Source: a virus
Lineage: Duplodnaviria; Caudoviricetes
Direction: 5' to 3' (one strand)
Virus record (IMG/VR): IMGVR_UViG_2597489997_000001
Span: 220,758-284,757 of that record
DNA length: 64,000 bases
The notes beneath the pieces are model-generated. The model saw only the letters and a list, made by a program, of their open reading frames with translations, had not been told where the DNA came from and ran no database searches. The first letter of the stretch is position 1. Each line of letters begins with the position of its first letter. A program made the translations under genes and the position numbers. Below are positions 1 through 8,820 of this stretch, piece by piece.

Positions 1-5
1 AGACC

Positions 6-22
6 TATATTACCTAAGTGTA
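6..22 (+). promoter_or_regulatory. putative phage early promoter (TATATTACCTAAGTGTA)
   Basis: Contains TATATTAC, the phiKZ early-promoter core; a related motif recurs upstream of about 9 other + strand genes. Confidence 0.65.
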
Positions 23-80
23 AATACAATAAGTATTAGTTAGGCTAATACATTCACCTGCAAATTTAAGGAACAACATC

Positions 81-431
81 ATGGCTAACAACTTCGCATT
101 CGTAAACCACTATGAAACCCGTAACGCTGCTGGCGTTGCTTTCATCAAATCTCGTCTGGTTGCTCTGATCAACTTCTCTTCTGAAGAGAAAGAAGATGAA
201 ATCGGTTCAGTAACTATGAACGCTATCCGCACGATCGCTCGTGTTGCTTTTGGTCGTATCCCATTCGGTCGCACTGAGTTCAAATCTAACTCAGTTGAAA
301 CCTTCCAGAACTGGTACAACGATTTCGCTGAAACTAACAATCTGAAATCCATCAAAGTTACTGGTGTATGGAACGAAGAAACTCAGATCGCTTTCGCTTC
401 TATCGCTGATAAGTACGAGGGCACTCTGTAA
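81..431 (+). CDS. hypothetical protein, likely early and highly expressed
   Basis: 116-aa ORF, AAGGAA RBS, strongly biased codon usage, downstream of promoter motif. Confidence 0.85.
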   Translation: MANNFAFVNHYETRNAAGVAFIKSRLVALINFSSEEKEDEIGSVTMNAIRTIARVAFGRIPFGRTEFKSNSVETFQNWYNDFAETNNLKSIKVTGVWNEETQIAFASIADKYEGTL

Positions 432-477
432 TAAACAACGTAGTTAACTTAACCAAATTCTAATAAGGAATATCGAA

Positions 478-654
478 ATGACTCCATTCATCAAATCTGT
501 AATCATCACTGTAATTGTTATGGCTCTGATCATCATCGGAAATGTATTCGGTACTCCTGCATTCATCGCTGCATCAGTAGCAGTTGCCGCTATCGCAGTA
601 GTTCTGTCTTACTATGTGTTTGATGGAATGATGGCGGCATTCAGAAAGTGTTAA
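478..654 (+). CDS. small membrane protein (58 aa, 2 TM helices; not in ORF track)
   Basis: TAAGGAA RBS, ATG 478, reads MTPFIKSVIITVIVMALIIIGNVFGTPAFIAASVAVAAIAVVLSYYVFDGMMAAFRKC*, followed by a terminator. Confidence 0.8.
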   Translation: MTPFIKSVIITVIVMALIIIGNVFGTPAFIAASVAVAAIAVVLSYYVFDGMMAAFRKC

Positions 655-660
655 TAAGAA

Positions 661-716
661 TCCCATCCTAGTTTAATACTAGCGATGGGATAACTTGTTT
701 ACTTTATTTTATTTTT
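661..716 (+). terminator. intrinsic terminator
   Basis: TCCCATC-CTAGT...ACTAG-C-GATGGGA stem followed by T-rich tract. Confidence 0.65.
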
Positions 717-732
717 GTTTCAAGGATCCATA

Positions 733-1422
733 ATGGCTAAGAAAGTTTTACTTGCAGTTGACATGGATGACACGTTAACTGAAACTCGTCTTATAATACT
801 GAAAGATATTTATAACCGACTTATCCAAAATGGTCGTTTAGCTGAAGCGACCTATGTTAATCAAAATTATCACATCTCTCCTTTACTCTGGAGTAAAGAA
901 ATGTGTGATGTTGTTTATGAGTACGTAATTGAGTCTGGCGATTTCATGTGGTGTGCGTCGCCCGCTAAATTAGTTAGAGACGGTCTGGCTGATTTACTGC
1001 GTGCATTCAGCGACCACCAATGGGGACCTTATTTTAAATCAGTTGTCTGTACGCACCGAGGATTCCATAAGAGCGGGTTACTGGCGACAACTGACTGGCT
1101 GATTCGTCACAACTGTGACGATGTGTTCTCTGAAGTTCATGCGTTAGATCCCAAAGAACATCCTAACAAGATTGACTTCTTGCGGAAAGTTTATCCTGAT
1201 TACGAAATTCTGTTATTGGATGACAATCCATTCCATGATCCGCATCTGGTTCATCCATACTCAGATGAAGTTCTGATTGTTGAAACAGAGCACGCCCTTC
1301 CTGGTTACGTTAATCAGGAGAAGTTTACAGACCTGGACGATCTGAAAGTCCGTATCATCCGCAAGATGTTTGGTCGGCGTGGATACGAGAAACTCATTAA
1401 ACAGTATGCTGATATCGCATAA
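733..1422 (+). CDS. HAD-superfamily phosphatase, 5'(3')-deoxyribonucleotidase-like
   Basis: Motif I LAVDMDDTL, motif II CTHR, motif IV LLDDNP; ATG 733 behind AAGGA. Confidence 0.75.
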   Translation: MAKKVLLAVDMDDTLTETRLIILKDIYNRLIQNGRLAEATYVNQNYHISPLLWSKEMCDVVYEYVIESGDFMWCASPAKLVRDGLADLLRAFSDHQWGPYFKSVVCTHRGFHKSGLLATTDWLIRHNCDDVFSEVHALDPKEHPNKIDFLRKVYPDYEILLLDDNPFHDPHLVHPYSDEVLIVETEHALPGYVNQEKFTDLDDLKVRIIRKMFGRRGYEKLIKQYADIA

Positions 1423-1431
1423 GGAAACACC

Positions 1432-1914
1432 ATGGGTGTTGAAATAAGAATCCTCACTAATGATGATCTAAGAACTATTCCCACCAGAATCAGTTCAGGG
1501 ATTATTAAGTTGGTAAAAGGATTAACAGAAGTTGAGCAACCTTTAACCCGATTTGACTTTGAGCGTGTCCCAAGTGAGGTTGCTACCTATGGGCTAGATT
1601 TCTATCTTGCTCCTGGTAACATAATGACCATTGCTTTAAACACAGTCACATCTGAAGTATTGGGGATGGTCATTAATAAGATCAATGACGTAGATCACTT
1701 GAAGGTATCTGCGTTATGGTATCTGTATATCGTTCCAGAGTGTCGTGGTAAAGGTCTTGGTAGACAGCTTATGGAATCTTCGGAAGAGATGTCTCGTCGC
1801 TTAGGAGCCAACTCAATGCTTCTGAGCGTATTACCCGATAACCTCTCTGCAATCGAGTTCTATAATGAACTTGGTTATAAACCACAATTAATCAATTTAG
1901 CTAAGGATCTCTAA
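1432..1914 (+). CDS. GNAT-family acetyltransferase
   Basis: LYIVPECRGKGLGRQLM acetyl-CoA motif A; NLSAIEFYNELGY motif B. Confidence 0.9.
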   Translation: MGVEIRILTNDDLRTIPTRISSGIIKLVKGLTEVEQPLTRFDFERVPSEVATYGLDFYLAPGNIMTIALNTVTSEVLGMVINKINDVDHLKVSALWYLYIVPECRGKGLGRQLMESSEEMSRRLGANSMLLSVLPDNLSAIEFYNELGYKPQLINLAKDL

Positions 1915-2624
1915 TGAACCAGACCTTTTATAAGGTAAACACCTTCGCATCTCCACTTTCTTATTCGCTGATTTTGGCTGCTGATGAACGTGGCGGGATT
2001 GGGCTTGATAATGACCTCCCGTGGAAACTGGCAGGCGTTAACAATAAGTCAGATATGCAATGGTTCCGTGATAAGACCAAAGGTAAGATCATCATCATGG
2101 GATATAACACCTGGGTGAGCATCGGCCGTAAACCTTTACCAGGTCGTTACAACGTGATCATTACTGAAAAGCACTATGACGAAGTCGGTAGTGATTTAAA
2201 GGCATGGGGTGAGGAATACTACAAAACAGAAAAGGGTCAAGCTTCACCGATTCACTCGGCTGTGTGTAAATCCCCTAGCCTTGCTGTCGCGTACCTTGAA
2301 AATACCTTAGGTTACGCAACCCGTGGTGGCGAGGTAATGGTTATCGGTGGTGCTCGTATCTATGAAGCTTTCATGGAGTACGCATCCCGCATTTATCTGA
2401 CCACTTTCGAAGGTGAGTTCAAAGCGGACACATTTGTTAAACTGGATCTAACTGATTTCGAATTACGGTACCGTGATACCATGGGAGTACTGGATCCTAA
2501 GTTTGAGATTTGGGATGTTACTGAGCAGGTTGCAAAACGTCCAGATTCAGAGATCATTCAAATCTCTTATGGTCTCAAAGAAGCCACAGGTTGGGTTGCT
2601 GATATTGTTAAGGATAAAGAATAA
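1914..2624 (+). CDS. folA: dihydrofolate reductase
   Basis: GIG..NDLPW, DMQWFR, IMGYNTW.SI, PLPGRYNVII, VIGGARIY, ADTF motifs. Confidence 0.95.
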   Translation: MNQTFYKVNTFASPLSYSLILAADERGGIGLDNDLPWKLAGVNNKSDMQWFRDKTKGKIIIMGYNTWVSIGRKPLPGRYNVIITEKHYDEVGSDLKAWGEEYYKTEKGQASPIHSAVCKSPSLAVAYLENTLGYATRGGEVMVIGGARIYEAFMEYASRIYLTTFEGEFKADTFVKLDLTDFELRYRDTMGVLDPKFEIWDVTEQVAKRPDSEIIQISYGLKEATGWVADIVKDKE

Positions 2625-2833
2625 TGTTTGTTATTCCAAATGAGCACGTTACTGCTGTAAAGGCAGATGAAATCTTTATCGTCTCTAAAATGGGACATGG
2701 GCGTGCTTCCTTGTGTGGAAGTAAACTCACTCTGGATGTTCCAGGTGAGGGACTGTATCTGGGAATGCGCTTTACGGCTACCGCCAACAACAGGGTTATT
2801 CCTGTGAGTAAAAAGAAGCCATTGTTTAAATGA
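2624..2833 (+). CDS. hypothetical protein
   Basis: 69-aa ORF translationally coupled (TAATG) to DHFR, followed by terminator. Confidence 0.65.
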   Translation: MFVIPNEHVTAVKADEIFIVSKMGHGRASLCGSKLTLDVPGEGLYLGMRFTATANNRVIPVSKKKPLFK

Positions 2834-2842
2834 TAGTTGGGT

Positions 2843-2870
2843 GGGGAGCTTCGGCTCCTCATCCTTTTTG
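2843..2870 (+). terminator. intrinsic terminator (cTTCGg loop)
   Basis: GGGGAGC-TTCG-GCTCCTC then T-tract. Confidence 0.7.
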
Positions 2871-2893
2871 TCTTCCTTATTATTTTTCGGACA

Positions 2894-2910
2894 GATATTA
2901 TCATCGTGTA
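2894..2910 (+). promoter_or_regulatory. putative early promoter (GATATTATCATCGTGTA)
   Basis: Repeated motif, just after a terminator and upstream of the 2946-5998 operon. Confidence 0.65.
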
Positions 2911-2945
2911 TAAGCTCAATAAAATTTTAATCTAAGGGTAATGAG

Positions 2946-3161
2946 ATGGAAAAGTTAGTCAACATTTTAGCGAGTCGTGGAGTTCTGATTACACTGGCGA
3001 TTCTCATCGTGGTGATCAAGGGCGGAATGGCTGTATTCAGTAATCAGGGATTTAGTCTGGCTGACTTTGGTATTGGCGGGGTCTGGGCTTTCACTATTTA
3101 CTGTGTTCTTAAATTCGCTGTTAATTTCGCTAAAGGGTATATCACTGGTAAAAGAGGATAA
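2946..3161 (+). CDS. small membrane protein
   Basis: 71 aa, two hydrophobic helices. Confidence 0.75.
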   Translation: MEKLVNILASRGVLITLAILIVVIKGGMAVFSNQGFSLADFGIGGVWAFTIYCVLKFAVNFAKGYITGKRG

Positions 3162-3162
3162 C

Positions 3163-3819
3163 ATGTCCGAAGTTAAAGAAGTGGTTGAAAAGAAAGAACC
3201 TATAATCGCAGAAATTTCCATAAACAAGTCATTCAATCATGATGACATTGTGACCCTGACCGAAACAATCAGAAAAGGTGTGGATAGCTTCGACACGCTT
3301 ATCTTCTATATGAATAGCATGGGCGGTCAAATCAACACAGGTCTGGTATTCCGCGATATCGTCAATTCCTGGGATAAGAAAATAGTTTATATTTCTGAAC
3401 TATTGAATGCCAGTTTGGCGACTGCACTTCCCCAATGCGGTGATGTATTGCGTCTAGCTTATCCGACTTCCAGATTTATGCTACATGACAGCACTTATAC
3501 CTATAAAGGTACACGAGCCGATGTAGCTAACCAAATGGAATATACCAGTCATGCCGATGACGTGTGGGATAATGCCTACATGGAAGGCATTGGGTTGACC
3601 AAGAAGGAATATGCCAAACTAGTTGCTTTCGATAACGTTATGTATGCCAACAAGTTCATGATGTTGGGAACTAAAGGTGGCATCGATGGAATGATTCTTA
3701 AGCGACTCAATGTTGCCCAATATGTTTGTAATACGCGTACGGGTATCAAAATGATTGACGTTCGTTATCATACCCGCAACGATGTTCCTAATTTGCCCTT
3801 GTATAAAGAAGGTGAATGA
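3163..3819 (+). CDS. ClpP-like serine protease (peptidase S14 fold)
   Basis: YMNSMGG (cf. INSPGG), NASLA (cf. AASMG, catalytic Ser), SRFMLHD (catalytic His), DNVMYA (cf. DRFMSA); ATG 3163 behind AGAGGA. Confidence 0.75.
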   Translation: MSEVKEVVEKKEPIIAEISINKSFNHDDIVTLTETIRKGVDSFDTLIFYMNSMGGQINTGLVFRDIVNSWDKKIVYISELLNASLATALPQCGDVLRLAYPTSRFMLHDSTYTYKGTRADVANQMEYTSHADDVWDNAYMEGIGLTKKEYAKLVAFDNVMYANKFMMLGTKGGIDGMILKRLNVAQYVCNTRTGIKMIDVRYHTRNDVPNLPLYKEGE

Positions 3820-4388
3820 TGGAACTACTTCACTGGTTAGCTGAACATCGAGTAGTGATTATTACCTCAATCTCCGCTTATCTACTGCTGGGTGTATTCT
3901 CACTCAGGTGGACGATAATGGGGCTGATTGGTTATCACAACGATCCCAAGGGTAACTGGATGCTACTGGTGTTCATCGTTCTTTGGTGGATACCTGCCGG
4001 TTATCTTTTATGGGCTGTTATTTGCGGATATCTAAATAGCAAGTTCGAACCCAATAACAAAGTTAAAGTAGTCGAACAGTCAAATCAACCAACTCTCTTT
4101 GTTTGTGTTGGTAAGGGAGGGAACTATGAAGCTCTCGGATTTGGCACCCCATTAGGTTCCATGGCTATTGCTCCAAATGACTTAATGTACTTTGGGCTAT
4201 CGCTGGGAGCCGGTACATGTCGAGATGAGAAACTGTCAGTCTATGCAGCAGATCAGCTCGGCGTGTTTTATTATGAAGGTTCAGTCACCAATGATGAGAA
4301 GCGAGTCTTCTACATAGATGTCGGGACCAACAAAATGTATCACAGAACTACCACAGATTTCTCACAACGCATGAAGCGTATTAAGTAA
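3816..4388 (+). CDS. membrane-anchored protein with possible DUF1653-like C-terminal domain
   Basis: Two N-terminal TM helices; KGGNYEALG...VFY.D...MYHR...DF pattern (family call tentative). Confidence 0.6.
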   Translation: MMELLHWLAEHRVVIITSISAYLLLGVFSLRWTIMGLIGYHNDPKGNWMLLVFIVLWWIPAGYLLWAVICGYLNSKFEPNNKVKVVEQSNQPTLFVCVGKGGNYEALGFGTPLGSMAIAPNDLMYFGLSLGAGTCRDEKLSVYAADQLGVFYYEGSVTNDEKRVFYIDVGTNKMYHRTTTDFSQRMKRIK

Positions 4389-4435
4389 TCTGTTAACCAA
4401 CCTCATTCATATCACCTATAGAAAGGAAATAACAA

Positions 4436-5998
4436 ATGTCTTCCATGTTAACTGAAATCTCTTTCACCAACAAAAACGACACCCGTGAAATCGTTGATGA
4501 AGTCGTAGAGAATGCATTTAGCTCTGTTTGTTCCACGATGGGTCCTAACGGGAACTACGTGGTGATCAACCAGCTTAACAGTCCGAAGGTAACTAAGGAT
4601 GGTGTATCGGTAGCAAGAGCGCTGGACTTCAATGAAGCCCGTCGCAACATGATCGCTAAGATCATTACTGAACCGTCAATTAAAACCGATGCTGAAGTAG
4701 GTGATGGTACAACTACAACTGTGTTCATCACTTATCACCTGTATCAGAAATTCAAAGACGCAATGTCGTTTGCAAATACCCGTTATCTGGATACCCTGAT
4801 CAAACAGGTACTTCAGTATATCGGTACTCTGATTCAACCAGGTGAAATCGAAAGCGAAATGTTCCGCAACATGTTGCTGACTTCCTCTAACTATGAAGAA
4901 GAGATCGTTGATAAGATTCTGGATATCTATCGCGAACATAAGAACCCGAACATCCATCTGGAAAAATCTCCGATGCTTCCAGCGGACGAAGTGAAGATGA
5001 CCAAAGAAATCTATTTCGAAGGTTCCTTCCCAATTGAAACTCAGGTTCCAGCAAACGGCGCATATGTAGTCGGACCAGAGAAAGTCGGTGTAGTTTTGAT
5101 CGATGGCTCTATCCGAGCTTATCCAACCCAGCTGATCAATGCATTACTGAATCGTTTCATTGATAACCCTGTTGTTCTGATGGCTCGTAACTTTGAACCT
5201 GAAGTGATCGCTGCTATCAATAACGAAAACCAACGTCTGGGTACCAGTCGTATCTTCGCTTATAAAGTGAATGCGGCAGGTCTGTTGGGCGCAGGCACAA
5301 TCGATGATCTGGGTCGTCTTCTGAACATCGGTCCAGTATTCGACGTCAACTCTGTTGATCCGGCTCTGGTGAAATATAACGACGTTACTCTGTGGTTGGG
5401 GCGTAAAGGGATCCTGCTGGATAAGTCTATTGAGGAGGTTGAGTCTCGTGCTGATTCTATCCTTGAAGGTCTGGATAACCGTTATGAAGCTCTGGGTATC
5501 ATTGAGCGTCAAACACCGATCGGTCGTGAGTTGAATCGTCGTATTGGTCGACTGCGTGCTAATAACGTGACCATCAAAGTAACTGGCGTAACTGTTTCTG
5601 ATGCGTCCGAACGTTGGGCTCGTTATGAAGACGTTATGAAAGCAGCGCGTACCGGACAACAGTTTGGTGTGATCCCAGGTATCGGTTATGGCTATCTGAT
5701 GGCTTCCAAATGGCTTGAGGCGAACGTTCCGCAACAATCTGATGAGAAGCTTGAGAAATGTCGTATCGGCTTGATTGAAGTGTTACGTGCGCAATATGAG
5801 CACTTGACAGGTCATGACGGTAGTGCAGAAAACCCAATCTTTATCGATCTGGTAACAGGACAGGAATCGGATACTCCGATGAATGTATACGATAACGCAG
5901 CGGCTACTATGATCGCTCTCGAAGGTGCTTGGCAAACCGCTAAGACCTTAGGTAAGATCAGTAACGTTATGGGTCGTTCTAATACAAACTACGCATAA
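4436..5998 (+). CDS. groEL: phage GroEL-like chaperonin (OBP gp246-like)
   Basis: STMGPNG, PKVTKDGVSVA, VGDGTTTT ATP-binding motif, GVIPGIG; 520 aa; no GGM tail. Confidence 0.95.
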   Translation: MSSMLTEISFTNKNDTREIVDEVVENAFSSVCSTMGPNGNYVVINQLNSPKVTKDGVSVARALDFNEARRNMIAKIITEPSIKTDAEVGDGTTTTVFITYHLYQKFKDAMSFANTRYLDTLIKQVLQYIGTLIQPGEIESEMFRNMLLTSSNYEEEIVDKILDIYREHKNPNIHLEKSPMLPADEVKMTKEIYFEGSFPIETQVPANGAYVVGPEKVGVVLIDGSIRAYPTQLINALLNRFIDNPVVLMARNFEPEVIAAINNENQRLGTSRIFAYKVNAAGLLGAGTIDDLGRLLNIGPVFDVNSVDPALVKYNDVTLWLGRKGILLDKSIEEVESRADSILEGLDNRYEALGIIERQTPIGRELNRRIGRLRANNVTIKVTGVTVSDASERWARYEDVMKAARTGQQFGVIPGIGYGYLMASKWLEANVPQQSDEKLEKCRIGLIEVLRAQYEHLTGHDGSAENPIFIDLVTGQESDTPMNVYDNAAATMIALEGAWQTAKTLGKISNVMGRSNTNYA

Positions 5999-6001
5999 TG
6001 G

Positions 6002-6056
6002 AGCTGGCCCGGGGGAAACCTCGGGTCGGCTTTATCTCTCACCTTTCTTTTTCTTT
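6002..6056 (+). terminator. intrinsic terminator
   Basis: GCTGGCCCGGGG-GAAA-CCTCGGGTCGGC stem, pyrimidine/T tract. Confidence 0.7.
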
Positions 6057-6064
6057 AAGTTAAT

Positions 6065-6349
6065 ATGAATAGTTCAAACGTTCGTCAACTACTTAAGCAG
6101 CATTTGGAAGCAGACGACTTCATGGTTCAAGTGTACCTGAACAACAAGGATCCAGGCTTAAAGAATGAAGCGTTTTATTTATGCTTCCCTGTAGACTGTT
6201 CGGTAGATATTTTCAGAGTAGAAGGGAATCACTTAACTTATCACAAGAAGGAATTAAGCTCTGACTTAGAGACCGATGATATTGAGCTTCACTGCTTATA
6301 TATCGAGGAACATCATGCAGTCGAAAATAAAACTCAGGTGGGTACTTAG
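6065..6349 (+). CDS. hypothetical protein
   Basis: 94-aa ORF in the gene-dense + strand run. Confidence 0.6.
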   Translation: MNSSNVRQLLKQHLEADDFMVQVYLNNKDPGLKNEAFYLCFPVDCSVDIFRVEGNHLTYHKKELSSDLETDDIELHCLYIEEHHAVENKTQVGT

Positions 6350-6370
6350 CTTAACCGAAGGAGTTTCACC

Positions 6371-6649
6371 ATGAACATGAAGAAGATAGCTGCGGCGAAG
6401 AGTGGGGGTAGAAAACTTCTGTTGAAGTCAGATACGTTGTTCCCTCTCATCTTCATGCTTATCGTGGTAACCTACGCTCTATCCCATGGTTACAGGATGT
6501 TTGCTGTTTTCAGTATGGGGTTGATCGTAGCAAGGATTGGGGAGATTATCTTTGAGATAAAGAGTAGTCTTTTCGATAAACCTTTTTTCCACTGTCTGTT
6601 GCTAATTGGAATTCCACTACAATACGGATGGAATGTGATTACCAACTAA
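6371..6649 (+). CDS. small membrane protein (3 TM)
   Basis: AAGGAG RBS, 92 aa, three hydrophobic segments, basic N-terminus. Confidence 0.75.
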   Translation: MNMKKIAAAKSGGRKLLLKSDTLFPLIFMLIVVTYALSHGYRMFAVFSMGLIVARIGEIIFEIKSSLFDKPFFHCLLLIGIPLQYGWNVITN

Positions 6650-6666
6650 ACAAGGGCAGGACTTGC

Positions 6667-7287
6667 ATGGCATCTCTTTACTTTTATTTCAGCACGATGA
6701 ATGCTGGGAAATCAACGGGACTGTTACAGGCTAACTACAACTACGGCGAGCGTGAGCTTGGAACGTTAGTTATGAAACCTGGAATTGATGACCGTGAGAA
6801 CGGCGCTATTATCAAATCACGTATTGGGCTGGAATCACCTTGCCTGATGTTTGGTAAGGATGAGAATCTTTATGATCTTGTCTATGACCGAATTAAGGCG
6901 GGTGAAGAAATTAACTGTGTATTAATTGACGAAGCACAATTCATGGAACCTATCCAGGTCACTCAGCTTGGGATGGTTGTGGATTGTCTTAAAGTCCCAG
7001 TGATGTGTTATGGTCTCCGTACTGATTTCCGTGGGGAACTTTTCCCCGGTAGTGCTAAGTTAATGGCTATCGCTAACGACATGTTCGAAGTGAGAACCAT
7101 TTGTTGGTGCGGTAAACGTGCTCAACAAGTCCTGCGTCTTGATGACCAGGGTAAGGTTATCCGTGAGGGCGATGTTGTCGTCACAGGGGGTAATGAGCGA
7201 TACGTTTCTGTATGTCGTGAACATCATCGGTTAGGGATTATCCGCAAGGCTTCTAAAGTCAAGCAGATTCATTTCCACGAAAATTGA
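6667..7287 (+). CDS. tdk: thymidine kinase
   Basis: LYFYFSTMNAGKSTGLLQ, SRIG, VLIDEAQF, YGLRTDFRGELF, ICWCG...VCREH zinc motif. Confidence 0.97.
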   Translation: MASLYFYFSTMNAGKSTGLLQANYNYGERELGTLVMKPGIDDRENGAIIKSRIGLESPCLMFGKDENLYDLVYDRIKAGEEINCVLIDEAQFMEPIQVTQLGMVVDCLKVPVMCYGLRTDFRGELFPGSAKLMAIANDMFEVRTICWCGKRAQQVLRLDDQGKVIREGDVVVTGGNERYVSVCREHHRLGIIRKASKVKQIHFHEN

Positions 7288-7291
7288 GATC

Positions 7292-7308
7292 GATATTATC
7301 TAAGTGTA
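7292..7308 (+). promoter_or_regulatory. putative early promoter (GATATTATCTAAGTGTA)
   Basis: 15/17 identical to the copy at 6-22. Confidence 0.7.
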
Positions 7309-7340
7309 TAGAACATAAACTATTTACTTGGAGATATATC

Positions 7341-7739
7341 ATGAGCGACGTATATAAAGAAGCAGTAGCTGGCGGTATCCGTGGCGCAGCATCTTACCTG
7401 GCTGATAAAGTTACAGGCAAGAAAACAGTTGAACCTGAAGTTGAATTAACTTTAGAAGAAATGGCTGACCACAAACGCAATGCCAAGAAAAACTACCGTG
7501 GTGGTTGTATTGGTGTGGCTGGTGCAGTACTCCTGGAACTGATGTCTCCTACTGGTTCTAAGACTTCAGCATTAGCCGCTGGCTTGGCCGGTGCATTTGT
7601 ACTACATCACTCTAAAGGTGTCCTGGATGCGGCTCCGCAGAACACTGTGATTGCTACTACAGCAGGTGCAAGCGCTGGTTGGATCTCTATGGTCGTTGGC
7701 CGTACAATGGCTTCCTACTTCCCTGGTAACGGTGAGTAA
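7341..7739 (+). CDS. Gly/Ala-rich membrane-associated protein
   Basis: GGAG RBS before ATG 7341; glycine-zipper-like helices; own promoter and terminator. Confidence 0.75.
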   Translation: MSDVYKEAVAGGIRGAASYLADKVTGKKTVEPEVELTLEEMADHKRNAKKNYRGGCIGVAGAVLLELMSPTGSKTSALAAGLAGAFVLHHSKGVLDAAPQNTVIATTAGASAGWISMVVGRTMASYFPGNGE

Positions 7740-7745
7740 TAGAAC

Positions 7746-7790
7746 TGGCTACCTTCGGGTAGCCAACTTCTTATTCTTATTTTTTTTTCT
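7746..7790 (+). terminator. intrinsic terminator (cTTCGg loop)
   Basis: TGGCTACC-TTCG-GGTAGCCA plus long T-tract. Confidence 0.85.
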
Positions 7791-7805
7791 GTTCAAAGGT
7801 GCAAC

Positions 7806-8096
7806 ATGAAGATATCACATAAGTTAAGGGTGCTAATCTTATTGTTGGGTTTGGGAGTTACTTTTGTTGTATTAGGTAAAACAATCAAGCGTCATTATAC
7901 TGATGCCCAGCTGATGCAACATTGTATTAACGTAAACAAAGGAGACATACTTCCCTACCCTGAAGGATGTATGAAACCTATTCGGATAAAGAACGACATA
8001 TTCGAATTCATTAACGTTAATGGGCAAAAGGAAATGTATGTTGTTATAAAAATGAGAGATAGTACATTTCGTTATGCCAAGGTAAGAAATTCATAA
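7806..8096 (+). CDS. hypothetical protein with N-terminal membrane anchor
   Basis: 96 aa, N-terminal TM helix. Confidence 0.7.
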   Translation: MKISHKLRVLILLLGLGVTFVVLGKTIKRHYTDAQLMQHCINVNKGDILPYPEGCMKPIRIKNDIFEFINVNGQKEMYVVIKMRDSTFRYAKVRNS

Positions 8097-8157
8097 TTAT
8101 CCTATGAAAGGTAATTTAAGCAGTTCCACTTTCTTTGCAATCATGGAAATATAAACA

Positions 8158-8820
8158 ATGCCAACTTTGAAAACTCCTTTTCAGTACCTGCTTGATCTGA
8201 CCGGTGCGTCTCGCATCAAAGCAGCTAAAGCAACTGGTGATGCAGCTGCTATCGCCAAAGCTGAACGTTTCTATCTGGGTCTGGATGAATCTGAATGTGA
8301 GTTCACTACTCCATGGCAGAATCCACTGGCCGGTAACAAATGGCAGGTTGATGTCACCGTTCGTACTCGTGGCTTCAAAATCCCTGGCCTGCGTTTCAAC
8401 ACCGGTACCCTGTCTCCAATGATCCGTCCTGGTGCAAACATCATGGCTAACAAATCCTCTCTGGATCTGTCTACCGTGACTGGACTGTATCACGTTTATG
8501 AAAGTGATGCTGATCACCTGCTGATTCACCCGAACAGCAATATCTACGAAGCCCTGAAAATGACCGGCTTTGTATTTGACACTTCTGCCTTTGAAGTGAC
8601 CTGGTATCCAGAACGTGATAAAGATCAGAAAGCTGATGGCTACGTTGATGTTAAACATCCGGTAGTTGCAGGTCGTCTGTTCCTGTCAGTAGTTCAGCGT
8701 GAAGTCTCTGGCGCACCTAACGTTCCTCCAGTTCTCCCGACTGATGCTAAAAACATCATTGAAGGCAAGTCTGAAGAAACCGAGGTCCAGTTGGTGAAGG
8801 CATCCAGCTTCAAACCGTAG
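8158..8820 (+). CDS. hypothetical, possibly virion protein; probably extends by -1 frameshift to 9047
   Basis: Strong codon bias; coding-like -1 frame open 8775-9047 up to the terminator. Confidence 0.8.
   Translation: MPTLKTPFQYLLDLTGASRIKAAKATGDAAAIAKAERFYLGLDESECEFTTPWQNPLAGNKWQVDVTVRTRGFKIPGLRFNTGTLSPMIRPGANIMANKSSLDLSTVTGLYHVYESDADHLLIHPNSNIYEALKMTGFVFDTSAFEVTWYPERDKDQKADGYVDVKHPVVAGRLFLSVVQREVSGAPNVPPVLPTDAKNIIEGKSEETEVQLVKASSFKP

Noticed and set aside
3163-3819. ClpP-like gene as the prohead protease
   Set aside because: A gp175-type protease exists at 46715, and this gene is in an early accessory unit
5144-5737. Long antisense ORFs (also 8116-8658, 17653-18228, 19261-20031, 28818-29594, 45223-45822)
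   Set aside because: Shadows of strongly codon-biased genes; no RBS or motifs
6065-6349. GroES co-chaperonin (right size, next to chaperonin)
   Set aside because: No PL.DRV or mobile-loop GGI motifs, and it is separated from the chaperonin by a terminator
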